From assembly GCF_001194135.2 (NCBI RefSeq), contig NC_068991.1, positions 72,154,065 to 72,218,064 of the forward strand: a stretch of DNA of 64,000 bases, in the 5' to 3' direction. Positions 25,855 through 38,695 of this stretch are shown piece by piece. The notes under the pieces are model-generated. The model ran no database searches. It was not told where the DNA came from and saw only the letters and a program-made list of their open reading frames with translations. Made by a program: the position numbers and the translations under genes. Numbering within the stretch: the first letter of the stretch is position 1; every line of letters begins with the position of its first letter. Source of the stretch: Octopus bimaculoides (lineage: Eukaryota).

Positions 25855-26228
25855 TAAAGGAGTGTCAATCACTTAAAATGGAGGGAAGTTATGGAAGAGG
25901 AAGATCCAGGAAGACATGGGATGAAGTATTGAAGGCCAATCTCAAAACACTGAGGCTTATGAAGGAGATGACTGCAGACTGAGATATGAGGTGCATCGCT
26001 GTACTCAAGAAGACCTGCCCACCACAACAGAATTGATATCCAAAAACCAAGGTGCCATGTAAAAAGCACCCAGTACACTCTGTAAAGTGGCTGGTACTAG
26101 GAAGGTCATCTAGTTGTAGAAACCGAGCCAAAACAGATTATGGAATCCAGTGCGGCCCCTTGGCCTTGCCAGCTCCTGTCAAGCAATCCAACTTACGTCA
26201 GAATAGAAACATGTTAAATGATGATGAC
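25855..26228 (+). mobile_element. RTE LINE 3' end: ORF C-terminus + 3' UTR
   Basis: CIKECQSLKMEGSYGRGRSRKTWDEVLKANLKTLRL...AVLKKT runs directly into the family E UTR and (GAT)n tail. Confidence 0.8.
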
Positions 26229-26299
26229 GAATATAATCAAATACACCCACCCCCAAAATCATTGGCCTTGAGCCTAGAATAGAAACAACTCTAAGATGA

Positions 26300-26520
26300 T
26301 GAGCTGGCAGAATAATTAGAGCATGGGAAAAAAACGTTTTACTGCATTGGTTCCAGTTCTTTACATTTCAAGTTCAAATCCTGTTAAGGTTAACTTTGCT
26401 GGTACTTGACTCTTGAAGGAGAAAAGGCAAAGTATTAGGGTCAATGATATTGACTACTCCCTCTCTGCCCTCAAAATTGCTGGTCTTGTGCCTCCCAGCA
26501 AGAACATTATTATTAAAAAG
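26300..26520 (+). mobile_element. SINE family C
   Basis: gagctggcagaataattagagcatggg...gttcaaatcc...caaaattgctggtcttgtgcct. Confidence 0.65.
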
Positions 26521-26679
26521 GCAGAAATGCTAGAACATCAAACAAAATGCTTGGCAGAATTTCGTCTGGTTCATTATGCTTTGAGTTCAAATTCTGCTGA
26601 CGTTGACTTTGCAGACAATGAAGTAACAGCTGAGCACTGGAGGGTGGGGTGGGGATGTCGACGTAATCGACTTACTCCA

Positions 26680-26945
26680 TCATCATCATCATCATCATCG
26701 TTTAACGTCTGCTTTCCATGCTAGAATGGGTTGGATGATTTGACTGAGGACAGGCAAACCAAATGGCTGCACCAGGCTCCAATCTGATCTGGCAGTTTCT
26801 ACAGCTGGATGCTCTTCCTAACGCCAACCACTCCGAGAGTGCTTTTACGTGCCACGGGCACGAAGGCCAGTCAGGCGGTACTGGCAACGGCCACGTTCGA
26901 AATGGTGTATTTTACGTGCCACCTGCACAGGAGTCAGTCCAGTGG
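26680..26945 (-). mobile_element. RTE-type 3' end repeat (family E), young copy
   Basis: Near-identical to the copies at 2020 and 28305. Confidence 0.9.
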
Positions 26946-28304
26946 CACTCTCCCCTACAAATTGCTGGCTTTGTGCCAGCCAAAATTCGAGGCCATTATT
27001 ATTACTATTACAGTGGTGATGTATTAACAAACAGCAGAGAGTCATATAAAAAACCCTGCTATATCAAGTTGAAATCCTTTTTGTTCTGAATTCTAAGCCT
27101 GACCGAAATGACTTTAGCTGAGGACAATTCAGTCCATATCACCCTTCTTAAGCTGAGTCATTGTGTCAATGTAAGTAAGAAGCTCCCATCACCCATGTTC
27201 AAATCCTATCAGTCTTCGTCTTTTCTCTCTTATAGTAATGTCAACAAAAACAAAAGTGAAGTTAGCTTTAAAATATTTAATTAAAAATAATAATGCAAGG
27301 AAGGAAAAGACAACATTAACACAATGATTGATATTTTACTGATTTTGATATGTAAAGGAGACTGTTCTGAACATGTTTCAGTCTAATTAGACCTCTTCGG
27401 TGAAGCACACACTTCATGCTTGCTGAAGAAGTGGTGAAAGAATAACTGAATAGATGTACAAAAAAAATACCATATACAAATAGGAGTGAAGAATTAGCAT
27501 ATTCCAAAATATAAATCACTGATGTTAATTACTCAGAGATACCAATGAGATAGCTTTTATATGGTCTCTTGATTTGCCAGAAACAGCAGCTGAATTTCCC
27601 TCAAGTCACACCATTTTGTGTTGATTAAGAAAAGAATATACTGGATACTGTAGTTCTAGATCTCGATATTTCCGAAAGGTCAAGGTGATTACAGTTAGGT
27701 TGCCGTTTGTCATACATCTACTTGACCATGTATGAGTTAGAACTAAACAACTACAAAAACAATTTTGAAAATCATGGCGTCTGGAAAGATTATATAAACA
27801 CTAACTTCCATATTTAACTAATGTTTAGAAAATAAAATAATCGGACAAAATTTTGATGGAAGTATTTGAATATAAGCACAATAAAGCAAGAGGTTTTGTA
27901 TTAGGAACTGAAGGGCAGACTCAAGCAGGTTGATGTCAAAATGATTGGTTCATTTAGTATAGTCCTTCTGGAGCTTCTAGATTTGATGTTTATATAAACA
28001 GATTAGTTTGCTTCTCTGGGATTGGTCAAGTCATGCAGGTACCTCTAGTGACACTTCGGCGGGAGTTGAATATTGATTAAAGATGTTCTTCATGTAGTCA
28101 ATGTAAGGAGAAGCGGGTAAATTTAACATGTCTGTCTGTCTGTCTACACATAGGTTTACATAAAGAATAAATGGAATATAATAATTAGAATGTAATAAGT
28201 AGTTGGTGTAAGGAAGGACATCCAGTCACAGAAAGCAAGCGAAAACTGGGACATATGAACAAGATGTGGTCTTCTGATACATTTAGGAAGGCAACAAATA
28301 AGAA

Positions 28305-28545
28305 TACACCATTTCGAGCGTGGCCATTGCCAGTACCGCCTGACTGGCCTTCATGCCGGTGGCATGTAAAATCGCCCACTACACTCTCGGAGTGGTTGGC
28401 ATTAGGAAGGGCATCCAGCTGTAGAAACTCTGCCAAATCAGATTGGAGCCTGGTGTAGCCATCTGGTTTCACCAGTCCTCAGTCAAATCGTCCAACCCAT
28501 GCTAGCATGGAAAGTGGATGTTAAACGACGATGATGATGATGTAG
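28305..28545 (+). mobile_element. RTE-type 3' end repeat (family E), young copy inside an older tail
   Basis: Flanked by older ggaaggacatccag (28200) and aacccatgccagc...gatgatg (28560) segments. Confidence 0.9.
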
Positions 28546-29699
28546 GCCATCACATGTTCAAACCCATGCCAGCAAACAAAGTGAACATAAAACTAGGACA
28601 ATGATGATGATGTTGCAGCAGGAAAGCTAGCTTAATAGAAATGATTTGATTAAATATAACATCAGATTGCAGCAGTTAACTAGTGAACTAGATCATATAA
28701 CACCAAGCTAATGTCTAGTAGCATATATTTAGTTGTAACTACTCAAATACTTGACATAAACTGTTCGGTTATTGCAATTTAATGCAATTAAAGTATCAAC
28801 ATGTAGGTTCATCAGTCTGCCTGGCACACATTCATTAATCTTTGGAACACTCACTGTTGGCAACCCACATGTTCCTCTCTTCAACTCACAACATGGATAA
28901 GGGCCACTACGCCATTTAAAAGCCTTATACAAAAGATAGATTACAACAACAAGAAGGAAAAAATACCCCTTAAGTGCTCTCCTAACCATCATCAAGTAAG
29001 ATTTTGATTCCACTGTCCTCTACAATACAAAATACAAGCCAATGAGGGAGCCTTGGCATAGCTAGAAAAAAAGCAGACAAATCTTTTAAATCATAGTTTT
29101 GGAGGAAGGGCACGGCACATTGGATAATGTTGCCCAACATATCTATTAAAAAAGAATTGGACAGTCATGGCTTGACCAAAGCCAATCTGGGGCTAAACTA
29201 CTACACAAACACTTAACATCTCCTTAAAAAACAATACAAACAATATCAAACAGGCACTCAGTTTGCCAAGTCTATAACAACGACACTTCAAGAATGTGTA
29301 ATTTCCTAAATGGAACAACATAATTTTCAACCATACATGCAAAGACTCTTCTTAAGCTCTGTCACTTTTACTGCAACTGACATGGCCTCTGCTCTCTTGA
29401 ACTATCTGCATAACCCTTCCTCACCTAGACTCAGTTATCTTTCCTTCTCATTTATTGTACTTTTAAATTCTCAGACCTGTCGCACTAAAAACACCTAATC
29501 TCTCTAAGAATATTATCTCTTTGGCATTCTCCCCACTCTATTTTTTCATAGAAACTCTAACAACTAACCAAGCCGAACATCAACCCCATCATCATTGACA
29601 TTATTTCATCTCTGGATAACTTATACCAACATGATCTTAACACACATTCACAAAAAGCATGCACACACAGTCTTAAGTGCAGATTACATCACAGCCACA

Positions 29700-30450
29700 G
29701 CCCTCCCGTAATTCCCCAAACACAGCAAGATAATTATTCCAATGTTATTATCAATCACTCCAAAAACAAAAGCCTTGGCTCCAACTAAATGCACCATCTT
29801 TCTCTTCTTACCAGTAACATCAAATACAATGAACTTTCCCAGTCACCAATATATCACACACACACAAGCGCACACCAAGATGACAAAAATACTAAAAGTT
29901 ACATGCAATACTTCCACAACTTTCACAGCACATGCAGAAGACAGTAAAGAAAGCAAAATGATGTATGGACACACAAAGAATAAAGGTACTACTTTTGGTC
30001 AATAAAAAGATTCAACAGCAATGGTGTGCAAAAAGAACATCAAGATCTATCTTGGACTGTGGCACATCTTGTCAGGATTTCCAAATCTATTAAACTACAA
30101 AGAAGTCAAAATAGCACACTTCACATCAATGGATGCACAAAGACAATCTACAGTGAAGTAAAAACACTGAAAATTGAAAGAGCAATGGGATATGCAAGAG
30201 GCAGTTCTATTGTAGTCTTCATGTAGCTGTATACACATTGAGCCCCATACAAAAACACATTTACAATACCATCCTAGAAATACTGCTGATATAGTTCAAG
30301 CAAATATGATAAACACATACTGGAGCTATAAACACTTGGGATACACAGCAGTAATAAGTGTAAAGGAATATAAACTATTAGACTTTAACTGAGCCTACTT
30401 CACCCATATCTGCTGTGGAAACAGCAGAATCAGCAGAAACAAAGCTGAGA
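29700..30450 (+). pseudogene. Penelope-like element remnant (GIY-YIG region)
   Basis: Frameshifted FPKHSK..SITP, NG.C.KTIYSEVKT, DKHILEL and ICCGNSR recall the PLE linker/endonuclease region. Confidence 0.5.
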
Positions 30451-30764
30451 ACAGAGGAAGTTCAACATTTCTATATTGCCCACATACGATTAATTGCTGT
30501 ATATCAGAATTTATGATTGACGTATTTTAAAAACAATTTTGTGCTTTCTAAGAAACTGATCTGGCAGCCCTAATCTCTACCACCACCACCACTTACTAAC
30601 TACATTAATTAGAGATTAATACTATATAAGTTACAGGATCGATTGGTACCATAGGAAGAATATTGGTTAAATTAAAACAAGTGTGTTATCAACATGTGTT
30701 TACTTACCCCCATAGAAACTGGTATCCTAACAATACAGACACTAGTGAACACCAATAGATTATC

Positions 30765-30970
30765 CCCTTAGCATTTAAACCAGTAATATTCAGCCCCTAC
30801 CTGTTATATGTTCAAACTGGTCAGATCTGGCCTCTCACACTTAACCTACAATGTTATTCTAAAAATAAGCAATCACATCATTGAAATCTCAAAACTACAA
30901 GATAATGCATGGTTAATTCAAAATTATGCGCATAAATTAGCAGTACATTTAACAGAATAATCTGAAGAGG
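30765..30970. mobile_element. piggyBac-like MITE, same family as 4748
   Basis: cccttagcatttaaacc...gatctggcctctcacac...acagaataatctgaa. Confidence 0.65.
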
Positions 30971-31573
30971 AGACGTACATTTTCAGTTAAATGTGTAGTA
31001 AATCAATATCCTAACACATTGTTAGAAATAATGGCCAACAAGGAATGGAATAATTCTAGGGTTATTTTTTGTAGCAGAAAGGATCTTTCACATCATTTCT
31101 TTGTTCTTTTGAAAGAAGTTCAATCCAAAACCTTAATTATTTACCTAACAGTCAAACTAGTTTGTTTGTATTTTACAGTTTTGTAGTCCCTATCAAGCTG
31201 CTAAATTAAACGAGACAAGAGTTTATCCTCAGGACACAATACAACACTAGTTGTGGAAAATAAAAACCAGATCTAACATCCTGTCCACTCAACCAAAGTG
31301 ACATTATTTCCTCTTGCCACAAACACATATTTACTAATGCTTAACGGTATAAACCAACATGTCTAAAAGCAAATAGATTAAACCTGGAAGAATTAAATAA
31401 GCCAAAAGATACTCAGAATTCACTTAAATGTCAACAATGTCAATGTTCTAGAAGCCAGTATCACTGCTTAATACTGTGGCTGAAGCTGTTATGGAAACAA
31501 GCAATGACATTCTTCTATTTCTGATCCATAACTACAAATCATAAAATTGCATATTATGAACAGTGTATGAGTG

Positions 31574-32550
31574 TGTAACGTTCTTCTCTTGCTCTGTTAT
31601 ATATATACATGAATGTGGACGTAGTGGTTAACAGCTAGCCTTCGGCCGCGTTTTTGGACCCTGTTGTGTCCACCACTCTGATTGGTTGGTATTGGTGCAT
31701 TTTTGTCTCTTGTTTTATTTCGTGCCAAGGTGCAACCCAACCAATCGCAACCTCCAGATAAGGTTGCGTGGGACAGTTTTTCTGAACCCGTTTGAGCCGA
31801 TAGTATATTATAAATAGCTAGCTTTACACTGTCCTGGTTGTTAGTCGGCTTTAGACCTTCTGAAATCTAGCCGCTGACCGCAGAGCACACAACCAGTTCC
31901 AATGATGATACATCTCATGGAGACTTGTCAACACTTCGTCCAGCATTCAGGACCTCCATCTTCGTCGCCAGTATCATCTTCTTGACTACAACTTCTCTAC
32001 GTACACACCACCAACAGCGCTCGCACAGGTTCAATCAGCACTGTTTGTGAATTGCTTCACCATGGTTAACAGCAGATACAACCTGCAAGACCTCCTGTAC
32101 CAAGTAACCAGCCACAGCATTGAAGCCTCAACTTCTTGTGCAACAGTATCTCTTCTCGGCTCTGCCTTGCTGCCACAACTTCTTGTTACAGCACCTCAAC
32201 CACTGTATACCTTGCATACGAACTGGCATTTACCATCCTTGTGTCCGGAATTTCTCTCAACATCCTTATAGACTCTTTTCTATACTCTGTATTTCTCGCA
32301 CACACATACACACGTTTGTATACACATACACTTTGTTTACATGACGGCCTGTCTATTATTGTGTTTATTATGTTGCACTCACACACACAGAAATACATGT
32401 TGACATATCAATAAAACCTTCTACCGGTTGTGTCTCTCTTTTCCTTCTTGGCATTTATATACATTTAACCTCTTTTCGTGTTTTTTATTTCTATCGACTT
32501 TGCGATGTGCTAAAGGAGTCGTTCCTCGTCACCATCACCTGGTCGCTACA
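31574..32550 (+). mobile_element. Solo LTR (977 bp)
   Basis: TGTAACG...CGCTACA inverted termini, agtg/agtc 4-bp TSD, CCAAT boxes, tataaata at ~31809, aataaa at ~32411. Confidence 0.75.
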
Positions 32551-32689
32551 AGTCCTTATTGTTGCTGAGATGTCCTGGTCAGCTTCTATCAAGTAGACCT
32601 ACAATGGAGCTACAACAATAAATTCCATTAATCAATTTGTTATACAAATAAACTCCAACATGTTTCTAGCCTTTCTATACCTAAATAAA

Positions 32690-32818
32690 CTCTACCAAAT
32701 CAGATTGGAGCCTGGTGTAGCCATCTGGTTTCACCAGTCCTCAGTCAAATCGTCCAACCCATGCCAACATGGAAAGCAGACGTTAAACGACGACGATGAT
32801 GATGATGATGATGATGAA
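32690..32818 (+). mobile_element. RTE-type 3' end repeat (family E), 5'-truncated
   Basis: ctctaccaaatcagattggagcc...gttaaacgacgacgatgatgat. Confidence 0.85.
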
Positions 32819-33009
32819 CAGCATGAATTTAGTGGAATTTGTCTTTTATGTTTCTGCTTGCAATAAAATTTAATGGTATTTTCTTTTGAATGCCTTCAAG
32901 TGTCCGGCTTTAGCTGAATTTGAACTCAGACTCTTTACTTCATCAATTCATTTTGTCGCAGTGTTATAGGATAAGAGTATAGAAACTTTTGATTTTTAAA
33001 AAATGTCTG

Positions 33010-33372
33010 AGTGCAAACATGGTTGCGTGGTTAAGAAGCCTGCTTTGTGAGCTCAAGGTTTCAAGTTCAGTCTTACCTAGAGTGTCTTCTGCTACAGCCC
33101 CAGTTGACCAATGCCTTTTCAAGTTAATCTGGTCCACAGTAACTGTGGAAGCCAATCGTTTGCGTTTGTCCCACCAACACTTAACCAGTGTCGGTCTGTT
33201 TATGTCCCTGTAACTTAGCAGTTCAGCGAAAGTGGTTGATAGAATAAATAACAGACTTTAAAAATAAAAAAAAATCTTGGGGTCAATTTGTTCGACTAAA
33301 CCCTTCAAGGCGGTACTCCATCATGGCTGCAGTCGAATGACTGGCTGCAGTCGAATGACTGGACCCAACCAA
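33010..33372 (+). mobile_element. SINE family A, decayed
   Basis: Head and tail match; short duplication ggctgcagtcgaatgact x2 at the tail. Confidence 0.7.
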
Positions 33373-34924
33373 AGAGATACATGTTTGTATGTTTTGTGTG
33401 TGTGTGTGTATGTGTGTGTGTGCGTGTGCGCGCGCGCGACGTCTAAAGGTACTCTCAAGACAAACTAAGGTTGTCTAAATTACTCTGATTTCACTATTGT
33501 CTTTAAAACTAGGGTATTTAGAGAGAAACTCCGAGTGTCAACCTCAATTAGAGACGATTTTGTATAGTCCAATGCGTTTGTTTTAAAGACAGTGGAGTAG
33601 ATTTGAGAGAGGTTTATCCGTGATCTATTGACGTAGTCATACAGAGGACTGTTTCAATTTAAAGCTCACAACTAAATATACAAATTAATAATATCTTAAC
33701 CTATACCACGTAAAAAAATAAAAAAAATTAGATGCTGTGAAGATTTCAATAAAAGATTGGTCATTTTTTATAATGATATTTTATTGACTTTAGTCTCCTC
33801 ACAGACAATAAATTCATTCGATAATTGACAAGCATCATCAATTATAATGCATTGGTAATATCCAGCAACTGACTGTATGGTATTTACAGGTTTCAAAAAC
33901 AAAAAGAAGAAAAAAAGGTTAAATAATTATACCATAAAAAGAAACATCTTTACAGAGGATATTATCAGATTTTCTTTATAAATTGCTTGTCTGCTTAACT
34001 CACTGCCCACCTTTTTTACTCGTTACAAGCTTCTGTTATAGTATTATAGGTGTGTCCTGACTTAGGAATGTAATTCATTAGAAAAGGAAAAAAATATAGA
34101 AATAAAAATGAATGTAGCCTTCTATTGATCTTTACACGAAATACTTGAGAGTGATTCCCCCTCTCCCGTCATTTATCAACGTATATAAAACACGCGCACA
34201 CTGAAGAGAAAGAAAGAAAAAGAAGTTTATATATAAATGGTAGAGGGAAGAAATCTCAATGGCATGACAGTGTACTATAGCTATATTTATTTATTTCTTA
34301 CCATTCAAGCTTAGTCAATACAAAACGTGCTGTGAACGTATGCCAATTTTGGTGGGAGTAGGGGAAAGCCAAAAAGATTTATCAAACAGGGTTCATTAAT
34401 TTCTCCACCAAGACAATAAGTGTAACTAACTGTTAATTTCTTCCAGGACAACCCTCTCATTAATTTCCTAACAGTTGCCCTGCCATCAGTCAACGATAAA
34501 AATAAAAAGATTTCCAAGCCGCGCAGATAGATATTCGTTAATCAGAAGGGGCATGAAGCTAAGGACAGGCGTCTAAACAAGGTAACCTTATATCTGCGAG
34601 GTATTTTGGCTCGAAAAACTTCCCTGTCCGTTCCACTTGTGTAGTAGAAGGTATGAAGAGTGGAGAGGCGGTGTAGGGTGGCGGGCAGTCAAGTATAAAG
34701 AGACGTTAGTTTTCTAAGTCTGAATGGCTGAGCGTTGCTACTGGTAACTAACTGACCCAAAGGTGACATTCCAGCAATTGATGGAATATGACAAATAAAA
34801 ATAATCTTGCTGGACTTGAAAGAAAAGAATGTTAATACATATGGAATGCTATAAAAATATACATCATTCCGTGGAACACTTTATAACACTGGTGAGGTGT
34901 ATTAAAAATGATAATAATAATAAT

Positions 34925-35135
34925 AATCCTTTCTACTATAGGCATAAGACCTGAGATTTGAGGGGAGGAGGGGCTGGTCGATTTCATTGATTCCCCAGTA
35001 TTTGACTGGTACTTACTTTACCGAAAGGATGAAAAGCAAAGTCGACTTCGGTGGAATTTGAACTCTGGACGTAAAGACGAACGAAATGCCGTTAAGCGTT
35101 TTGCCTGGCATGCTAACGGTTCCGCCAGCTGGCCG
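34925..35135 (-). mobile_element. SINE family C, near full length
   Basis: cctttctactataggc...gtcgacttcggtggaatttgaactc...gccagctggccgcc. Confidence 0.8.
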
Positions 35136-35139
35136 CCTC

Positions 35140-35157
35140 AACAACAACAACAACAAC

Positions 35158-35229
<72 letters not shown>

Positions 35230-35230
35230 C
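35140..35230. repeat. (AAC)n(AAT)n microsatellite
   Basis: Direct reading; it produces the poly-N ORF in the track. Confidence 0.95.
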
Positions 35231-37811
35231 CTTTCTACTGCAGGTACAAGGTCGGGAATTTGGGGGTAGTGGACAAGTGGATTACATCGATTCNNNNNNN
35301 NNNNNNNNNNNNNNNNNNNNNNNNNNNNNNNNNNNNNNNNNNNNNNNNNNNNNNNNNNNNNNNNNNNNNNNNNNNNNNNNNNNNNNNNNNNNNNNNNNNN
35401 NNNNNNNNNNNNNNNNNNNNNNNNNNNNNNNNNNNNNNNNNNNNNNNNNNNNNNNNNNNNNNNNNNNNNNNNNNNNNNNNNNNNNNNNNNNNNNNNNNNN
35501 NNNNNNNNNNNNNNNNNNNNNNNNNNNNNNNNNNNNNNNNNNNNNNNNNNNNNNNNNNNNNNNNNNNNNNNNNNNNNNNNNNNNNNNNNNNNNNNNNNNN
35601 NNNNNNNNNNNNNNNNNACAGCTTACTAGAAATAACAGCCTAACCCCTGTTAATTCACACCATGTTAAAAAAAAAAGATAGCAAGGATACATTGGATAAT
35701 GTGATCCTAAATGATCTATAATCGAAAAATAAAACGATGCAGAACAAAGTAAAAATAAAAGGGGGGGGGGTTCTGACTTCTCTGGAACAGATTGTTATTT
35801 CCAAGAAACTAAGCGGAAGTCACTGTTCATCAATGAGATAGCAATTATCGATTGGATCAAATTGAAACTTCGTAGAAATCGATTACTTCGTTGTAAGACG
35901 TAATAACTGTTATATACAGCTTTTACAAAGTATTGTAAACATTCACATCCTCTTCGCCCGGCATAAACCGGTGATAAAAGAGGAAGCTTTTGTTTTATTT
36001 TACAACGTGTAACAAGCAGCAGCCGAATTTCCCCCCTCAAATACACTACACAGATTTCTATTTTTATGTTTCTAAATGAGACATAGGGCAATGTGGTTCT
36101 TGCACGAAAAGGCGAGATGGGTATAACCGGAACATATCTGATCACATTTGTACTTAATCAGAGCAGAACTATAAAGGGTGGGGCTTAAACAAGAGCTATT
36201 AAGTATACACATAGGGATTGTTTTTTTTTCTTTTACAATCCGATTTAAAAAATTTAAATTTTGCCAATTCGAAAGGAGATCGAAAAGGTAGGGGAACAGA
36301 AATGAAAATGTCAATTACGCATTTTCCAATTAAGATGCATAATAAAGGAACAAAATAAAAGTGGATTTCTTTTTTGTTTAAAACAGCCGCCACATCCCTC
36401 TTGCAATTAACTTATTGAAGAGTGTGGGGGGATCAGGAAGAAAATTGATTCCATCCGTTTCTACAATGCAATTTTGACACAGAAACAAATTATATAAGTC
36501 GCAAAAATATCTAGAATACATGGAATGTAAAAGTATTCGTGTTTTAAATGAAATATGTCTAGTTTTATCTAATTTTTCCTTCATGCAATATCTAAGTATT
36601 ATAAAAAAAAAAACTGTTGCTGGATGGGCAGAGATGTTTTAAAGAAAAGAAGCTAAATTAAACAAACTATAACTATAAACTGTCACAAATTTAAAACATT
36701 TTCACCCCACCCCAACACAAAAAAAATAGAAAAAAAGGACAGTTTTAAAGAAGCATTTCGAGCAGACAAAAGATTACATTCAAACACCCTAAGGGGTTTA
36801 ATACAAAAGAAAAAGAGCACAGCCATCAAATGTCACTGAGAGAAAAACCTCTACGCAGTCTTTCGAAGTGAGAAATAAACAACAATTTCCCTCAAACTAC
36901 ACAGAACAGTCTTTTAAAAAAGTTCACAACACGACGTAACAAATAAGGACGAGATGGTCACGGCCAGAACGCCTTCGATCGCACATAGATCTGCTTGATC
37001 AGAGCTGACCTACGACTGACTATTCCTTACGATTTGTAAATGTTGATTGAAAGAAAGACATTATTTTCAACAAGACAACTTGTTTTTTTGTTTTCTTAAA
37101 AGTAACGAAATTTCCAATATTTTGAATCCTAATTTAGAAAAAAATCCATATTGTTTGTATTTTTAAGAGAATGGAATGAATAAATAAAAGGCCAAGAGAA
37201 GGAACATCGGAGTTGTGGGGGGGATGTATTAAGGAAAGAGGTGTGACCCGCAAACAACGTGACAAAGTTTTGTGAAAGTTAAGTGATTTATATACATAAC
37301 ATTTAAGGAGGAAAATAATTATTAGAGAATGATTTGGCACTATATATTGTTAATATATACAGTATTATATGTCAAATGATTTATAACAAGAAAAAAGAGA
37401 GTCAGAGAGACAGAGAGATGTTGGGTGAACAATTGTGAGTTTGAACTTATAAACATTTCATTTAAAAATGTGGAGTTAACATGAATAATATAGTCTTTAT
37501 GAAGCAGAAAAACAAACAAAATAATACAATATGCGCAGCGAGAAAGTCGAGAAGTCAAATAGCATGATACAGAATGTTAATGACAGCGAAGCAATTTAAA
37601 GAAATGTATTAGAAATATTTTAATAACAGATGTGTGTGTGTGTGTGTGTGTGTTAGTGAAGAAGTAGAGAGAGAAAAAAAGTAAGTAGCGCGAATTATTA
37701 GGACTGCTTATAGAGATCTAGCGACATAACAACAGTTATGTTCAATAGCGGGAGAAAAAGTGAAGCATATGCTTTTTTTGTAGAGTGACAAAGGTGTTTG
37801 AAATAACTTAC

Positions 37812-37900
37812 CTAATAAAGTAGTCAGTCCAGAGAGATTTTAGGTAACTAAATTGAAAAGTCTCATGTATGAAAAATGGCTGCAAGTTGAGGTTTGAAAG
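37812..37900 (-). other. Candidate non-coding first exon of a leftward host gene
   Basis: TTAG|GTAAGT donor at 37811 just downstream of promoter motifs; 5' end uncertain. Confidence 0.45.
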
Positions 37901-37945
37901 TGGAGAGTCGAGTGGACGATAAAAGGCGGTTGCTGATTGGTTGAA
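37870..37945 (-). promoter_or_regulatory. Candidate Pol II promoter (NF-Y and YY1-like sites)
   Basis: ctgattggtt (CCAAT on minus) at 37933-37942; aaaatggctgc at 37873-37883; surrounding non-TE DNA retains CpGs. Confidence 0.5.
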
Positions 37946-38224
37946 ACTTTCGGGCACTAATAACAATAAGTGAAAATAAATAAATAAGAAACAAACGAAT
38001 TAACAAAAGTAAAAGTAAATGAATAAATAGTTTAAAGAGAAAAGACAAAAAAAATGAAACAAAGAAATATGTGAGAGTAAAAATATTAAATGAATGAAAT
38101 TAAACGAGCAAGTAAGGGAATTAGAAACGATTAGATCGATAAAATTTAGAAAAATAATAACAATTAAATTTAAAAAATTAATCATACAAATAATAGTGAG
38201 TGATAATTTATTCACTGAAATTAT

Positions 38225-38253
38225 ATGTATAAGTGTATGTAAGTATGTATGTA

Positions 38254-38302
<49 letters not shown>

Positions 38303-38304
38303 GG

Positions 38305-38336
<32 letters not shown>

Positions 38337-38391
38337 GTATATATACACAAATGTATATGTATATATATATATATATATATATACACAAATG

Positions 38392-38442
<51 letters not shown>
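38225..38442. repeat. Compound TA/TG microsatellite
   Basis: Direct reading. Confidence 0.95.
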
Positions 38443-38445
<3 letters not shown>

Positions 38446-38695
38446 GGTGGCACGTAAAAAACACCATTTTCAGCGTGGCCATTGCCAGTACCGTGTGACT
38501 GGCCCTCGTGCCGGTGGCATGTAAAAGCATCCACTACACTCTCGGAGTGGTTGGCGTTAGGAAGGGCATCCAGCTGTAGAAACTCTGCCAGATCAGATTG
38601 GAGCCTGGTGCAGCCTGCTGGTTTGCCAGTCCTCAGTCAAATCGTCCAACCCATGCTAGCATGGAAAGCGGACGTTAAACGATGATGATGATGAT
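38443..38695 (+). mobile_element. RTE-type 3' end repeat (family E), young copy in (TA)n
   Basis: Near-identical to the copy at 28305; flanked by TA repeats on both sides. Confidence 0.9.

Noticed and set aside
1-37800. Orientation bias of retroposons within the putative intron
   Set aside because: By my count family E is about evenly split between strands and family A numbers are too small.
38000-38534. ORFs rich in YI/IY, VC or HT repeats (also 40533, 50786, 56107, 59350)
   Set aside because: Translations of dinucleotide microsatellites.
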